Shown: positions 63,139-64,000 of the stretch, one piece after another
Layout of the letters: every line of letters begins with the position of its first letter
Numbering within the stretch: the first letter of the stretch is position 1
Source of the DNA: a phage
Length of the DNA stretch: 64,000 bases
Sequence record: PZ357121.2
Strand: one strand, 5' to 3'
Program-made: the position numbers and the translations under genes
The notes under the pieces: model-generated
What the model was told of the DNA's origin: nothing
What the model saw: only the letters and a program-made list of their open reading frames with translations
Database searches by the model: none

Positions 63139-63426
63139 CTAAAAGAAACTTTTTTCGGTATTTTTTCCACTGAACCAAACCGATTTCGGAATTTTCTGTA
63201 ATTTTTCAGATTTAAGTTTCTCTTCCTGTTCTTTCTTATATGCATCCTTGTCGTACCGGAACAACTCTAGGGCATTCTTTTGTAGACGGTCTAAGGTAAT
63301 TAAGGCTTTAGTTTTTCCTTTCAAGGAAGAGTCCTGGCGAACCTCCTCGCTATATTGCATCGTAGAACTAACCATACGATGAGCATAGAGTTCGACTGCG
63401 GCTTTAATTTTTTGCATAAAATCCAT
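63139..63426 (-). CDS. hypothetical protein (95 aa)
   Basis: ATG ORF. Confidence 0.55.
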   Translation of the reverse strand: MDFMQKIKAAVELYAHRMVSSTMQYSEEVRQDSSLKGKTKALITLDRLQKNALELFRYDKDAYKKEQEEKLKSEKLQKIPKSVWFSGKNTEKSFF

Positions 63427-63564
63427 AACATATCCTCTTTGATTTGTACATCATTATTTTTAAATATTTCTATGCCCTCAGTAGGTTCCTGGTGTCCTTA
63501 TTTGAGGTAAGCCATATGATTATTCATCTTTATGGCTTTTGTTACCTCAGAACTTCCTATAAGC

Positions 63565-64000
63565 TTATTTCAGTAAAGTTACTTCAGAGATTTCCTCCCA
63601 ACCATCTTTGTCAGTTGAAATAAAATCTGCTACGTAAAGAGCCGTACGTAATGATACATTGCGAAGACGAGATACGTTAGCCTTCATCCAGGACAAGGCT
63701 TTATACGTTTCTGCATCTGTCAGACCACGTTTCTGCATCATGTCAGTAGATAATATTACATCTTCAACTCGAACCATAATCTCTTCATTAGAGTGTACTC
63801 CAAGGTCGAGATACACTGAACGAGATACTAAAGCTTGAAGGTGTGGGGCAAGTTTCGAACCGCGTTCTAACTCTTTATCGATATCAACGTTTGTAATGAA
63901 AACGATAGTACCTTCAAACTCAAATTCTTTATCAATACCCTTATCATCGAGATAAGATGACGCAGTGCTCCAGCAAACTTTGCGTTTATCTCCAGTATCT
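63565..64000 (-). CDS. hypothetical protein, C-terminal 145 codons (5' end beyond window)
   Basis: Frame is open from window edge to stop at 63565; track lists only the part after an internal GTG. Confidence 0.5.
   Translation of the reverse strand, partial: DTGDKRKVCWSTASSYLDDKGIDKEFEFEGTIVFITNVDIDKELERGSKLAPHLQALVSRSVYLDLGVHSNEEIMVRVEDVILSTDMMQKRGLTDAETYKALSWMKANVSRLRNVSLRTALYVADFISTDKDGWEEISEVTLLK

Noticed and set aside
1-64000. tRNA genes, rRNA genes, CRISPR arrays, integrase or attachment sites
   Set aside because: No cloverleaf-like conserved tRNA features, no regularly spaced direct repeats, no tyrosine or serine recombinase ORF; gene content is that of a lytic T4-like replication module

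Overview
This window is a T4-like (Tevenvirinae) phage early and replication region, and the DNA polymerase reads as RB69-type. Almost every gene is on the minus strand, so the description below follows coordinates rather than transcription order. From low to high coordinate the recognisable genes are: the 3' end of holin t (+), asiA, gene 52, ndd, rIIB, rIIA, a GT-B glycosyltransferase, fused gene 39/60, dexA, dda, a ModA/ModB-like ADP-ribosyltransferase, soc, 56, 61, sp, 41, 40, uvsX, a sugar-nucleotide/hydroxymethylase island, 43, regA, 62, 44, 45, an HNH endonuclease (+), 46, 47, 55, nrdH-like, nrdG, intron-split nrdD, a Seg-like endonuclease, 49 and nrdC. Many small ORFs fill the gaps. 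No tRNA, rRNA or CRISPR array was seen. The most interesting feature is the island between uvsX and gene 43, which replaces T4 beta-gt and imm: it carries a dCMP-hydroxymethylase-like gene, a Tmk-like kinase, a SIS sugar-phosphate isomerase, a HAD phosphatase, a bifunctional nucleotidyltransferase/kinase and two unknown proteins. With the glycosyltransferase near rIIA and no alpha-gt between 47 and 55, this looks like a complete NDP-sugar pathway for hmC glycosylation, plausibly the arabinosyl-hmC reported for RB69-type phages; enzyme roles are inferred. Also notable: a group I intron in nrdD with an I-TevII-like ORF (the predicted splice gives a 605-aa NrdD), more than 20 early promoters that share a conserved leader and often carry inverted repeats around the -10 box, and three adjacent coiled-coil proteins of unknown function. 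All similarity statements come from reading the translations and from memory of T4/RB69 proteins; no database search was run.
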